Source: an uncultured delta proteobacterium (GTDB taxonomy: Bacteria > Desulfobacterota > Binatia > UBA9968). From it: 64,000 bases of DNA. The position numbers and the translations under genes are program-made. The stretch spans positions 224,001 to 288,000 of the forward strand of contig CAWJZV010000014.1 in the NCBI GenBank assembly GCA_963847445.1, read 5' to 3'. The notes under the pieces are model-generated. The model made no database searches. It saw nothing but the letters and a program-made list of their open reading frames with translations, and was not told where the DNA came from. Positions 20,360-34,761 of the stretch are shown piece after piece. Position 1 is the first letter of the stretch, and each line of letters opens with the position of its first letter.

Positions 20360-21217
20360 TTGTTTGCCATCATTGGATATGCAATCGTCTTCGGTTCGGT
20401 GCTCGGTGGCTTTGTCATCGAGGGTGGCGCCGTCGGCATCCTCGTGCAACCGGTTGAATTTCTGATTATCTGCGGCGCCGCCCTGGGCGCTTTGATCATC
20501 GGCACGCCGATCAAAACCATCAAGGCGATGATCGCCAGCATCATGAACGCCATCATGAAGAACGGTTATAGCAAAGCCGACTATATGGAACTGTTCGCCA
20601 TGATGTTCGAAATGTTCTCGGTGATGCGTAAAAGCGGTGAAATGGCGATGGAAAAGGACGTTGACGATCCCGCCAACAGCGAGATTTTTAAGAAATATCC
20701 AAAATTCATGGCCAACCACGCGGCTAAAGGCATGCTCCTCGATTCCTTGCGCCTGGTCATCAGCGGTTCGGCCAACGCCGAGGAGCTTGATAATTTAATG
20801 GATGAGGAGATCGCCACTCACGAAGAAGAAGGTAAGCGGCCTATCGAAGTTTTGACCAAAACCGCCGACGCGATGCCCGGCCTCGGCATTGTCGCCGCCG
20901 TCTTAGGCGTCGTCATCGCCATGGGCGTCATGGACCAAGGCCCGGAAGTGCTCGGGCACAAGATCGCCGTCGCCCTAGTCGGCACCTTCATCGGTATCTT
21001 GGTGTCCTACGCCATGCTTCAGCCGCTCTGTCAAAAAATGGAACTCTTGCTCGTCGAAGAAGAGAAGTATCTCCAGTGCATCAAGTCCGGCGTTCTCGCC
21101 TATCTGCATGGCGCGGCGCCGATCATCGCCGTCGAACATGCCCGGCGCGGGGTTTTCAGCACCGAGCGCCCCGGCGCCCAAGAGCTCGAAGACGCCTGCC
21201 GCGGCAAGAAAGAGTAA
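20360..21217 (+). CDS. motA: Flagellar stator MotA
   Basis: ADAMPGLGIVAAVLGVV, ALVGTFIGIL and AVEHARR motifs. Confidence 0.96.
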   Translation: MFAIIGYAIVFGSVLGGFVIEGGAVGILVQPVEFLIICGAALGALIIGTPIKTIKAMIASIMNAIMKNGYSKADYMELFAMMFEMFSVMRKSGEMAMEKDVDDPANSEIFKKYPKFMANHAAKGMLLDSLRLVISGSANAEELDNLMDEEIATHEEEGKRPIEVLTKTADAMPGLGIVAAVLGVVIAMGVMDQGPEVLGHKIAVALVGTFIGILVSYAMLQPLCQKMELLLVEEEKYLQCIKSGVLAYLHGAAPIIAVEHARRGVFSTERPGAQELEDACRGKKE

Positions 21218-21223
21218 TCTCAC

Positions 21224-22159
21224 ATGGCGTCAGCCAAGGGCGGCAAAGCCGAAACGGCGAAGCATGGCAAAGACGACAAGCCGAGAGTCATCACAAAAAA
21301 ATGCCGGCTGACCCACGGTGGCGGCCATCACGGTGGCGCCTGGAAAGTCGCCTACGCCGATTTTGTCACCGCCATGATGGCGCTGTTTCTCGTGCTCTGG
21401 CTCCTAGGCGCGTCCAACAGCAAAGAAAAAGCCGTCATCGCCCACTACTTCCGCGAGCCTGGCGTATTCAGCGGTTCACGCGGCATCATTCCCCACGGAG
21501 GCCAAGACAAACTCGGCGAAGGCATCATTCAAGCGCCCACCATGGAAGTGCTTCATGCCAATATCAAAGAAGGTTTGGTACAGTTGAAGCAGAGCCTCAA
21601 CGTCACCGATCAAGTGCCGATCACGATCACCGCCGATGGCTTGTTGATTGAAATGATCGACAAAGAGAAACAGGCATTCTTCGAAGTCAATAGCGCCGAC
21701 GTCAAACCGATCATGCGCAAGATTTTGAGCTTGATCGCCAAAGAGATCAAAGATACGCCTAATTTGTTGATCGTCGCCGGCCACACCGACTCGCGCGGCT
21801 TTCACAACGATTCGTTTTATTCCAATTGGGAGCTGTCCTCGGCGCGGGCGCTCAACACCCGGCGCGATCTCGAAGAACTCGGTATCGCCTCGCAGCGTTT
21901 CGAGCAAGTCGTCGGCTACGCCGATCGTAAGTTGCGCCGGCCCAACGATCCACTCGCCGCCGAGAACCGCCGCATCAGTATTCTAATTAAAAACGTTGAC
22001 AAGAATAGCGCGAGCATCAGCGCGGAAAAATCCACTACCAAAGCGGCTGACAAGGCGCGTGCCGAGAAGTCTGAGGCGAAAACCACCGAGAAAACCCATG
22101 CTGAGAAGTCCACAGTGAAACCAGCTGAAAAAGCCCATGACGCGAAGGCCGCGCACTGA
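21224..22159 (+). CDS. motB: Flagellar stator MotB with a repetitive C-terminal tail
   Basis: HHGGAWKVAYADFVTAMMA; GHTD, NWELSSARA and NRRI OmpA-domain motifs. Confidence 0.96.
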   Translation: MASAKGGKAETAKHGKDDKPRVITKKCRLTHGGGHHGGAWKVAYADFVTAMMALFLVLWLLGASNSKEKAVIAHYFREPGVFSGSRGIIPHGGQDKLGEGIIQAPTMEVLHANIKEGLVQLKQSLNVTDQVPITITADGLLIEMIDKEKQAFFEVNSADVKPIMRKILSLIAKEIKDTPNLLIVAGHTDSRGFHNDSFYSNWELSSARALNTRRDLEELGIASQRFEQVVGYADRKLRRPNDPLAAENRRISILIKNVDKNSASISAEKSTTKAADKARAEKSEAKTTEKTHAEKSTVKPAEKAHDAKAAH

Positions 22160-22203
22160 GAGCGCGGAGGTCGACCGTAGCAGCGAAATAAGCAGATCGG
22201 TTA

Positions 22204-22276
22204 TCACGACGAAGGACACGAAGAGCAGCAAGTTCGGAATCTTATTGATCCGAAACCTTCGTGTCCTATGTCGTGA
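22204..22276. repeat. Long inverted repeat (20-bp arms) between convergent motB and fliN
   Basis: TCACGACGAAGGACACGAAG ... CTTCGTGTCCTATGTCGTGA (2 mismatches), with an inner TTCGGA/TCCGAA stem. Confidence 0.75.
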
Positions 22277-22451
22277 AAAATCTATTTCAGTTTACGTAGA
22301 AGCTAATTCAGCCGGCACATTTCGCCGGTCTTGAGCTTATAGACCGCTCTGATCACCGTGAGTTTGCGGTCGACAACTTCTTTTTGCAGAAGGGTGCTCC
22401 CGGCGTCGGTTTACTTGCATCCGATCACACTGGGATTACGTTGAATTGAAA

Positions 22452-22760
22452 TTATCCGAGATTCTCGATGCGCCGCTCCGGGCTGACCACGTCGAGGATG
22501 CGCACGGCGAACTTATCTTTGATCACCACGGCTTCACCATGGGCCATTAATTTATTGTTCACGAGGATGTCGAGAGGCTCGCCGATCATTTGGCTCAATT
22601 CCACCACCGAACCCTGATTGAGCTTGAGCAGATTTTCGATCGTCATGCGGGTGCGCCCGAGTTCGACTGTGACCTTGAGCGGCACGTCCATTAGCATCGC
22701 TAGATCGAACTGATCGTTGGCCGGCCGACCGCTATTTTTATCGTTGCTCACTTCGTCCAT
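22452..22760 (-). CDS. fliN: Flagellar switch protein FliN
   Basis: DVPLKVTVELGRT and GEPLDILVNNKLMAHGE motifs. Confidence 0.96.
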   Translation of the reverse strand: MDEVSNDKNSGRPANDQFDLAMLMDVPLKVTVELGRTRMTIENLLKLNQGSVVELSQMIGEPLDILVNNKLMAHGEAVVIKDKFAVRILDVVSPERRIENLG

Positions 22761-22795
22761 GGGGAAATCCTTCTCCGTCTTTCTACGTGTCGAGG

Positions 22796-23806
22796 CTACT
22801 CGCACGCGCGCGCGTTGACGAACACCTTGTTACCGTTTCGTTGCGCCCCTTTGCCGATAAATTTACGCTTGCCTTCGACCCACAGCTCTACGTCATCGAG
22901 TCCAACGACATTTAATTGAATGACATCGCCGGCGCGCAAGCTCATGATCTCGCCCAGGCTCATATTGACCACATCGACCACCGCTCGGACATCGACCTCG
23001 ACGCCGAGCAAGGGCTGGCGTGCGCGTTTGAACAATCCTAGATTATCCGGATTATTGTCCACTTGTACGCTCACTTTCAGCTGGTTGCGCAGCTCTTCGA
23101 TGGCCGCCAGCGGCAGTGCGAATATGATCGAGCCGCTGATCGGCGACATATTGACCGTATAGGTAGCCAAGATCATCGGGTCGGCCGTGCTGGCGACGTT
23201 TAAGAGATAGGGATTTAGTTCGGCCCGGACATAACGGGTCTTGAGGGCAATGACCGATTGCCACGACTCCTCCATGCCCTTGAGCATATGCCCGACGAAT
23301 TTGCCGAGAAAGGAGTTTTCAATGGTGGTAAAATCGCGCCCCTCGACTTTCATCGCCTTGCTGCCGGTACCGCCGAAAAACAATTCGATCATGGCGAAGG
23401 CGATGCGCGCCTCCATGACCATCATGCCCATGCCGCGCAACGGCTCGAGGCGCACGACGTGGATGCTCCCCGGCAACGGCAAGCTTTGGATTAGCGTGCC
23501 GTAGGCGACCACTTCCATGCCGTCATAAGTGACGTCCACCGATTTGCCCAACTGCGAAGCGAACAGGCTCTGCAGCCGGCGCGAAAAATCGTCGAGAATG
23601 ACCTCGAGACCGGGCAGGCGCCCACGACTGGAAATATCTCTGCGGGAGAAATCATAGGGTTTAAACTCGCTGGTCCGCGCCGGTGGAGCGGCGCTCACCG
23701 GCTCCGTTGGCCAATCCGCCGCGGCGGTGTCAGACGTGGCTACCTGCTGGGTAGCGATACCACCGAGCAACGCGTCGATTTCGTCTTGGGACAAAACTTG
23801 GGCCAT
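22796..23806 (-). CDS. fliM: Flagellar switch protein FliM
   Basis: VLSQDEIDALL, YDF, FFGG.G and RDFTTIE motifs. Confidence 0.96.
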   Translation of the reverse strand: MAQVLSQDEIDALLGGIATQQVATSDTAAADWPTEPVSAAPPARTSEFKPYDFSRRDISSRGRLPGLEVILDDFSRRLQSLFASQLGKSVDVTYDGMEVVAYGTLIQSLPLPGSIHVVRLEPLRGMGMMVMEARIAFAMIELFFGGTGSKAMKVEGRDFTTIENSFLGKFVGHMLKGMEESWQSVIALKTRYVRAELNPYLLNVASTADPMILATYTVNMSPISGSIIFALPLAAIEELRNQLKVSVQVDNNPDNLGLFKRARQPLLGVEVDVRAVVDVVNMSLGEIMSLRAGDVIQLNVVGLDDVELWVEGKRKFIGKGAQRNGNKVFVNARACE

Positions 23807-23921
23807 AGGTACCAACGACTCCACTCTTGATTACGCCGGCGCCAACGTTTTGACGCTTAGTTGTCAACTCTCCAGCGGAAAAAGCTCGTTTATTCCGAAA
23901 TGTCGGCTACCTTGATTCATG

Positions 23922-23937
23922 AGCAAGTGAGGTGCCA
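23922..23937 (-). promoter_or_regulatory. sigma54 promoter of fliM-fliN
   Basis: TGGCACCTCACTTGCT, near-perfect -24/-12 consensus. Confidence 0.85.
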
Positions 23938-23998
23938 GGGCGCCGCAGCTTACTTGCCGTACCGCACCCGATCACGGCTCGATGCCGGCGGTTCTCAG

Positions 23999-27520
<3,522 letters not shown>

Positions 27521-27553
27521 GGCAACCTCATTTCAATTTGACCGTCACCGGAT

Positions 27554-28612
27554 TTACGCTTCTTCGATTACCTTTGCGCCAGTGGAGTTGCCCGAAAACT
27601 TTCGTCGGAGCAATGTTTTCATGTTGCCGTCTCTTTGTTGCCCGGTCTCGGTCACCGGAGTTGGTTTTTCACCTATAACGACAGCCTGAGAGTCTGGCGC
27701 CGCCAGGTAGACTCGGTTGCCGCCCGCCGCTTTGGCGCGATCGAGCGCCCGCTGGGCGGCTTCGATGATGGGCTTGGCGACTTGATTCGGCTCAGGAAGA
27801 CCGGCGCTGACGCCAAAACTCGCGCTGATGGGAATCGGCCCACAGCCGGCATCGATCGGCGTGTCACAAAGCGATTTACGGATACGCTCGGCGCGCATGA
27901 CCGTTTCGTACATATTGCAAGCGGGAACCACGATCATAAATCGCCCAGCCGCGAAACGGCCGACGCTATCGTCGGGGCCTATGGACTCAGTCAAGCGCGC
28001 GGCCGCTCGTTGCAAGACTATGTCGCCTTCGGCTTCACCCCGGGTGTCGTTAAGCATTTTTAAATCGTCGATCTCGAGCAGCATGACGCCAAGAGACTGT
28101 TGTTGCCGCCGGGCCTGTGCCAGCGCGTCGTCTAAGCAAGTGCGAATCGCTCGACGGTTCGCCAAACTCGTCAACGGGTCACGCTGCGCCGCGGCGCGGA
28201 GCTCCGTGTGCGCCACTAACAGGTCTCGCTGCAACGCCAAAATCCGCTCCGCGTTGCGCAGTCGAGCGCTCAATTCCGCCGGTTTGAAGGGCTTGGTCAT
28301 ATAGTCGTCGGCGCCGGCATTGAGGCCAGCCGCCAGGTCGCTGGCCGCGTCCAAGCCTGTCAGCATGATGATATAGACATAAGGCCCGTTGTTGCGCTCG
28401 GTGTGTTCGCGCAGTTTTTGACAGATTTCGACTCCCGTTATGCCGGGCATCATCCAATCGAGAATCGCGATCTCCGGGGCTTGCGGCCTTTGCAGCACCG
28501 ACCAGGCATGGTCGCCGTCGGCCGCGACCTCGACCTCGTAACCGGCCCGGCTCAATCCCGATAACAACAGGTGGCGCATTGTCGAGGCATCGTCGGCAAT
28601 GAGTATTTTCAT
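27554..28612 (-). CDS. Response regulator with a degenerate GGDEF domain
   Basis: ADD...LDWMMP receiver; DPLTSLANRR; active-site motif reads RFAAGRF. Confidence 0.88.
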   Translation of the reverse strand: MKILIADDASTMRHLLLSGLSRAGYEVEVAADGDHAWSVLQRPQAPEIAILDWMMPGITGVEICQKLREHTERNNGPYVYIIMLTGLDAASDLAAGLNAGADDYMTKPFKPAELSARLRNAERILALQRDLLVAHTELRAAAQRDPLTSLANRRAIRTCLDDALAQARRQQQSLGVMLLEIDDLKMLNDTRGEAEGDIVLQRAAARLTESIGPDDSVGRFAAGRFMIVVPACNMYETVMRAERIRKSLCDTPIDAGCGPIPISASFGVSAGLPEPNQVAKPIIEAAQRALDRAKAAGGNRVYLAAPDSQAVVIGEKPTPVTETGQQRDGNMKTLLRRKFSGNSTGAKVIEEA

Positions 28613-28659
28613 TTTGCTATTCCTTACTGCGCTTGCTAGCCGGCAGACTAGCTCCCGCC

Positions 28660-28925
28660 AAATCTGTCCGGAGTCTCGTCGAAGTAGCGCAAAGAACGCC
28701 AAGTTCGGAACCGTTGTCATTTCGACCAGATGGAGAAATCTCTCTTAGATCCCTCGCATCACTAGGGATGAGGGGCCTTGGCCCGTCGCCTTTGCGGCCG
28801 TTGCGACTTTGCATGAGATAATTCGAGAGTGGCCGGTGCGCGAAGCGAAACCCACGGAAAACTTCGTGGTCCGAAACCTCGTGGTGAGCCTGGTCGAACC
28901 GTGTCGTCGTGGCATGTCCTTCGAA
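28660..28925. repeat. Cluster of nested REP/MITE-like palindromic repeats
   Basis: GTCATTTCGAC..GAGAAATCT..AGATCCCTCGCA..GGGATGA lies inside GCAAAGAACGCCAAG / CTTTGCGGCCGTTGCG arms; also GTGAGCCTGGTCGAACC. Confidence 0.55.
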
Positions 28926-28947
28926 TCCGCATCTGCTTGTGCGCCCG

Positions 28948-29331
28948 CTATTTTTCCTGGCTGAGGAATTGGCCCGGCATGCTGAGAAATTTTTCCAGAC
29001 TGGCTTTGACCGCGGCAAATTGCCGTTCGAAGCAATTGACCTCGCCGGCCAGCGCCGCCAAATCGCCGTCGCGGCCAGCCGCTTCGAACCGTTTCGCCAG
29101 ATCGGCAAACGCCAGCGCGCCCATATTGGCGCTGCTCGATTTAAGCGTGTGGGCCTCCAGCATCAGGCTATCGGCGTCACCGCGCGCCAAAGCTTGGCGC
29201 AACCGCGCCATCCGCGCGGCCGCATCGCTGAGAAAATCGCCGGCTAACTCGACGACAAAATCCTCGCCATACTCAGCGGCCCATTCCCTGGCCTTGTCAC
29301 GAATCGCATTTTCAATCCCCAGCTGTTCCAT
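28948..29331 (-). CDS. Stand-alone Hpt phosphotransfer protein
   Basis: EAHTLKSSSANMGA motif. Confidence 0.92.
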   Translation of the reverse strand: MEQLGIENAIRDKAREWAAEYGEDFVVELAGDFLSDAAARMARLRQALARGDADSLMLEAHTLKSSSANMGALAFADLAKRFEAAGRDGDLAALAGEVNCFERQFAAVKASLEKFLSMPGQFLSQEK

Positions 29332-29500
29332 CGCCGAACCCTCCATTGATGAAAATTGGCAATCCTAAATCCGCAACAAACCGGGGCCAAATAAGACCAA
29401 ACCCGGGCAATTCCAAAACGGGAAATCCAAATCATGCGTTTTTGGACCCTCGTGTTTTTTGATCATTTAAATTTGCGCCGGAATCCAGTCGCCTTACTTT

Positions 29501-31409
29501 TCACTCTTCACTTCCGAATTTGTCACCCGGCAGCGATTCCCATGCGCCATCGGCCAATGGCAAAACCACGGAAAAACTAGTTCCCACACCCGGCGTGCTG
29601 GCAACTTCTACTTTGCCGCCATGGGCGCCAACCAACTCGCTGACGATATACAGCCCCAAGCCGACGCCTTCCTGGCGATCGGCAAGCTCGATGCGATTAA
29701 ATTTTTGGAATAGGGTCGGCAGCCTCTCCTGAGCGATTCCCGGTCCGCTATCGCACACCTTGACCATCGCGGCGCCATCGCGGCGCATGACGCTCAGGCT
29801 GATGGCGCCGTTGTCAGGAGTAAACTTGAATGCATTGTTGAGCAGATTGGCGATCACCCGGTCCAATGCCAGGGTGTCGCCATCGACGAATATGCCAGTG
29901 GGTTGCGCGTGTAACTGGAACCGAATGCCGCGCATTTGCGCTGCGCCCTCGAAGCGCTCGACGATGCGCCGAAGCAGCTCAACCAGTTCGAAGCGCCGCT
30001 TGGAAAGATCGAGGTGGCCTGCTTCGATACGGGCGAAATCCAAATAGTTGCTGACCAGCGACTCGATGACCTGCGCGGCGTTAAAAATACGTTCGTGACA
30101 CTTGCGGGCCATGGCCGCATCCACCGGCGCGCCCTGCTCGCGCAGCAAGAATTCGGCGTAGCCGCAAATCAAGCCCACCGGATTGCGGATATCGTGCGCC
30201 AGCATGGCGGTAAATTCGGCGCGCTGCCGTTCGAGCTGGCGCTCCGCCGTGAGATCGCGGTAGGTCGCCATGACCAGCGCCGGCACGCCATCCTTGCCGC
30301 GTACAAACCGGCAGTGACTTTCGACCGGCACGACGGGACCATCCGAGCACGCCAACTCCAAGGTGCAGACCCATGAGTCCTGGTTGCCGGTTCGGGCATC
30401 CTCTTGGGCCTTTTTGGCATCGCAATACGACGTGGTGGTCATCAACCTGCTGTAGGGCTTGCCCGCCAAAACGTCACGGGTCGCCGCCATGAGGGCTTCC
30501 AGCGCGCCATTGACGCTGACGATGACGCCGTCGAGCGTGTAGGTGGCGATGCCATTGCCGGCGTTTTCGAACAGGCCACGATAGCGCTCCTCGCTGTCGC
30601 GCAGCCGCTGGGTGCGGATTTGCAAGAGCTCTTCGATGCGCAACAGCGCCCGTTGGCGCACCGCGCTTTCGCATAGCTGCAAGAGCTCTTGGCGCACCGC
30701 AGATTTTTGCATCTGGTTGTCCGCGCCCTTGCGTAGCAGATCCATGGCCAGGTCGGCGGAGTTCGCCGAGGTCATCACTATGACCACCGTCGCCGTGCCC
30801 GGCTGCTTGATCGTTTCGATCAGCCCTGGCGCCATGACCTCGGCGCAATCGCCATCGAGCAAGACGATTTGAGCTCGGCTCTTGATTGAACCGGGATAAC
30901 GCCTGGGCGCCGTCCACCACCAGTGACACGCGATAACCCGCGGCTGTGAAAAGCGCCGTCAGCTCTTGCGCCAAACCGGCGTCGGGTTCGGCCAGCAGCA
31001 CGGTCTTCGCGGAAACCGGTTTGGTGTCGACCAGTAAACCGCGCACCGCGCGGCATAACGTCGCCGGCTCGTAGGGCGCGGCGAGAAAGCCGTCGGCGCC
31101 TAATTGGACGGTTAATTCCTCGGCGTCGGCCCCGGAAAAAATCGCCGACACGACGAGAATAGGGATGCGATTGAACTGGGCAAAGGCGGCCGAGCGCAGG
31201 AGCCGGCAGAAACGCCAGCCATCGATGCCCGGCATATACAGATCGGTGACGATGACATTGATAGCGCTAGGCTCGGCCAACAGGCGCAACGCCTCCTCGG
31301 CGCTCGGGCAAGAGAGCACGTTAAAACCGTCACGACGCAGGATCGTCGCGGAGATGCGTAACTGGAGCGGGTCGTCGTTGACGATCAGTACCGTCGGTTG
31401 GCTTGCCAT
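29501..31409 (-). CDS. Soluble REC-REC-PAS histidine kinase (frameshift near 30870)
   Basis: VTDLYMP receiver, second receiver, SEERYRGLFE PAS, AHDIRNP H-box, NAFKFT, DSGPGI and GVGLGL. Confidence 0.88.
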
Positions 31410-31514
31410 AAACTCCTGGTTGTCTCCCCCGCCGACTATCTTTGCGCAGCACGCCGTTTACGTCCGCCGGCTTGCCCTTGCTAGACCGCTGCGCGGTAAA
31501 CTTCATCTGAAATT

Positions 31515-31541
31515 AAATCGGCCCACTCCTGTAAGTCTTAA
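31515..31541 (-). promoter_or_regulatory. Putative sigma28 promoter of the phosphorelay operon
   Basis: TTAA-N15-GCCGATTT about 105 nt upstream of ATG 31409. Confidence 0.65.
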
Positions 31542-32081
31542 GTAACGTCGCAGCAGTATGCGAGAAAAGGAAGAATTTCCGGTGAGTATGCGGCGCTGCT
31601 CCGTGCCAGGCAAGAATAAACCGCGCTCACGGAGTTGCTCGGAACTTAGTGGCAATCGGAGAAATTATTACCCTTCTGCTTTAAGCGAGGAGGGGTGGCA
31701 AAGCCGCCTCGAAAAGTTCCGACAACTTTTTACGCAATGAAAAAATCCACCTGACCACGAAGTCGAAAATGGCCAGCTGCGGCAGCGACCGCACCGTTGC
31801 TAGATTGGCATTGCTAAAAATGAGATCACCGGCAGAGCGGCGGGAGTAACCGCCACCATAATCGGCAGCCAGTAAAAAACAATTGCCCACGATCGTAGGT
31901 CCCGGCGACGGCGCCGTTGTTTCGTTCCCGGCGGCTGGCAAAGTTATCTACGCAGCACGGCCGTCCTAGCTATCGAGACGATCAACGCACCGTCTCGCCG
32001 GGCACCTTGAAGTTATTGAAGGACTTGGGGTAGTTCGCAAAGTTGTTGACTTCGGAAGCCCACTTGCCGGAAACTGTTTAG

Positions 32082-32783
32082 ATGGCAAGCAAATTACTAA
32101 TGACAGCTCTGGCCGCTTTTCTCGTTTCTTTAGCCTTTGACGATACTCACGCAGGTTCGATCTTCGGTGAGGTCAGGTTCGCGGACACCCCGCCCAAACT
32201 TCCTCTGGTCAAAGTAAGCAAAGATCAAGATTACTGCGGCGAGACACTGCCTAACGAGACGTATTTGATCGAACCTAACGGCGGCCTTAAGAATGTCGTC
32301 GTCTTTATCGAGTCCGCCCCAGTGGGAAAAGCTGCCGATCCAGTGAAAGAAAATATCCTTTACAACGATGGCTGCCGCTACCTCCCCCACGTCATGGCGT
32401 TTCAACTGGGCGAGAAGTTCAAGATCAAGAGCAACGATCCCAAGCTTCACATCCCCCACGGTTATCTCGGTGAGCGGACCGTCTTTAACCTATCCCTCCC
32501 TTTCAAGAACACCACCATCGAAGCGACTTCACGAATAAGGCAACCGGGAATGATGAAAGTCGTCTGTGACACCCACGCATGGATGTTGGGGTGGGTTCAT
32601 GTCTTCGATCACCCATACTTTGCCGTGACCAATCACCAGGGAGTATTTTCAATTCCTGATCTACCCGGAGGGAAGTATGTCCTAAAAGCTTTGCATGAAG
32701 GCGGCGGGACAAAGAGTCAGGAGATTACCGTCCCCGACAGTGGAGAGATGCGAATAGTGTTGGAGTTTGGAAGAAAATCATAA
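32082..32783 (+). CDS. Secreted cupredoxin-like / carboxypeptidase-regulatory-like domain protein
   Basis: Signal peptide; NDPKLH and CDTHAWM motifs; HPYFAVT..G.F.I..LP.G.Y beta-sandwich. Confidence 0.75.
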   Translation: MASKLLMTALAAFLVSLAFDDTHAGSIFGEVRFADTPPKLPLVKVSKDQDYCGETLPNETYLIEPNGGLKNVVVFIESAPVGKAADPVKENILYNDGCRYLPHVMAFQLGEKFKIKSNDPKLHIPHGYLGERTVFNLSLPFKNTTIEATSRIRQPGMMKVVCDTHAWMLGWVHVFDHPYFAVTNHQGVFSIPDLPGGKYVLKALHEGGGTKSQEITVPDSGEMRIVLEFGRKS

Positions 32784-33295
32784 GCAGTCCTGCTTCCAAC
32801 ATCCTAAGCCCGTCCCTCGATCTGTTGAAGCCTACGGCTAACCGTCGCTTACTCAATGGACTCTCAAATGCGCGGCGATCTCGGCAATATGGGCTTCGAA
32901 GGGCGTCGATTAGATGCGAATCCGGCGCGGTTGATCACTCAGGTGCTTTAAGCCCGAACTTCAACTGCTCTTAGAAAAACTCAAGCCGCAACTCCCAGCC
33001 GAACCATCACCCAAATCACCTCAGCTGGGGCTCTTTAGTCCAGACCTTGGTACCCACATGTTGATTTTTCAACTCCTCAACTGCTTTCACCCACGCGAAT
33101 CCGCGAAGTCGGGCTAGTATTCCGAGTCTCCTGAAGCAGTCTTAGCGACACAAACGGTCGAGCCACTTCCAGGACTGGGATCGGTCGAGCAACGCACCCG
33201 AAGAGTTCAAGGTGAATACCGCACACGCATGGAAGCATCCGGGCGAATCGTGAAAATGCGCCTGTCCGGACGCAAAGTAGAGACCCATCCCGCCG

Positions 33296-34465
33296 CTATT
33301 GGTTGACGGCGAGCGGCGAGCGATCGTAGTCGCCCAGTTTAATGGATTCCGAGAGATGGGTATCGATGAACGGATTATTCGCCGGATCGCGCACAACGCC
33401 CAGGGGGTCTAGACCCTGTTGCACCTTTTTTCATCTCGCGAAACATTACCGCGCGCAGCAGAATCACACCGCGGTCCGAGCTGGCCAGCCGCTCCGCAGT
33501 CCGGTCGCAAATAGATCCCCTGAGTTTTTCCATGCCATATGGTCCTGCGCCTGCACCGAATCCATGCGAAAGCGCGTAAACGGATGGAGCACGTCGGGCG
33601 GGTTCTTGTAAGGCTTAAGGTACTCCACCGGCGGCTCGTCGTTCTCGACAATCTCGCCGTTCTCAGTGGGATAAAAACGCACAAAATAGATTTTCGTATG
33701 GGTGTCGTCCCAATTGGCACACGGATCTGACCCACATTGCCCTGGCGTAATATGTTCGGGAAGATCACCGGATGCTCGTCGGTATCATGCCGTTTTTGTA
33801 GGTCCGCCGTTTCATCAGGCCGTAGGGAACTTCGGCGAATCAGAACTGGGCGACATCGTCGGTAGTCCGCGCGTGCTGTCGTGGACTTCTCGGCCAGGAT
33901 TGGCGGTATTCTGATGGAGAATTTGCAAATGCGCCGGGTCCATGGAATTTTCCATAGGCTGAAACCAGTTGGCGTCGAGCTGCGGTTGGATGAACACCTT
34001 GCGGCGGCCGTCTTTGCGAAACCACACGTCGAAGTTAACGATTAGCGGCGCCGGCAGCGGACCGAGATAGGCCCAGTAAAGCCCAACCAGTTTTTGCACC
34101 GGATAAGATCTCTGTTTGACGGTGCGAAAAATTTGCTATCGCAGGGCTCCGCCGGAGTCTCTAAACGGTAGCCTTGGTGTCGTACAACCAGCCATGATAC
34201 GCACAGGCGATACCGCGCGCTTCGACCCGGCCATAAGACAAGGACACGCCGCGATGGGGGCAACGGTCGTCGAGCAAGCCGACATTGCCGCTCTTGTCGC
34301 GGAACAACACCAAGGTCTCGCCCAGGATGCGCACCACTGGGTTGGATTCTCCGCCGTAAGCTCGCTCGCCACGCCTACGGGCAACCAATAGCGGCGCAGC
34401 AACTCGCCCGCCGGCGTGCCCGGCCCGACTCGGGTCAACATATCGTTTTCTGCTCTCGTCAGCAT
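33296..34465 (-). pseudogene. Rieske non-heme iron oxygenase alpha subunit (phthalate 4,5-dioxygenase-like); many frameshifts, pseudogene or read error
   Basis: VGPGTPAGELLRRYW, CPH, CAYHG, ENSMDPAH..ILH and QD, spread over several frames. Confidence 0.85.
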
Positions 34466-34761
34466 TGCCTTGCTCCTAGGTTTACTAATTCGGCTTATCT
34501 TCTAGCCGCTTTGTCGGCGCGTCGTCGACAAACTTCAATGCTGTGTCGATCATCGACGTAAATATTAGCCAAGGAATCGCCTACTACGCAAGTCCTATTG
34601 ATAAAAAAGCTTGCAAAATCAATAAGTTAAATTACGTATGGAATTTTAATGTATTAACGATCGAACGGAGACGGAACGGCAAAAATGGCTGCTGATTGCC
34701 AAGCAGTTAGGATAAGTGGTTGGAACCAGCGAAATGGTTAGGAGACCGCACCTATGGGCGC

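Noticed and set aside
28613-28720. N-terminal extension of the REC-GGDEF ORF, and likewise of FlgI (5325-5366)
   Set aside because: Read-through of intergenic repeats; better starts lie downstream
31558-32080. Short ORFs or a c-di-GMP riboswitch between the relay and the cupredoxin-like gene (also 32790-33290)
   Set aside because: No recognisable motifs, RBS or GEMM-like structure
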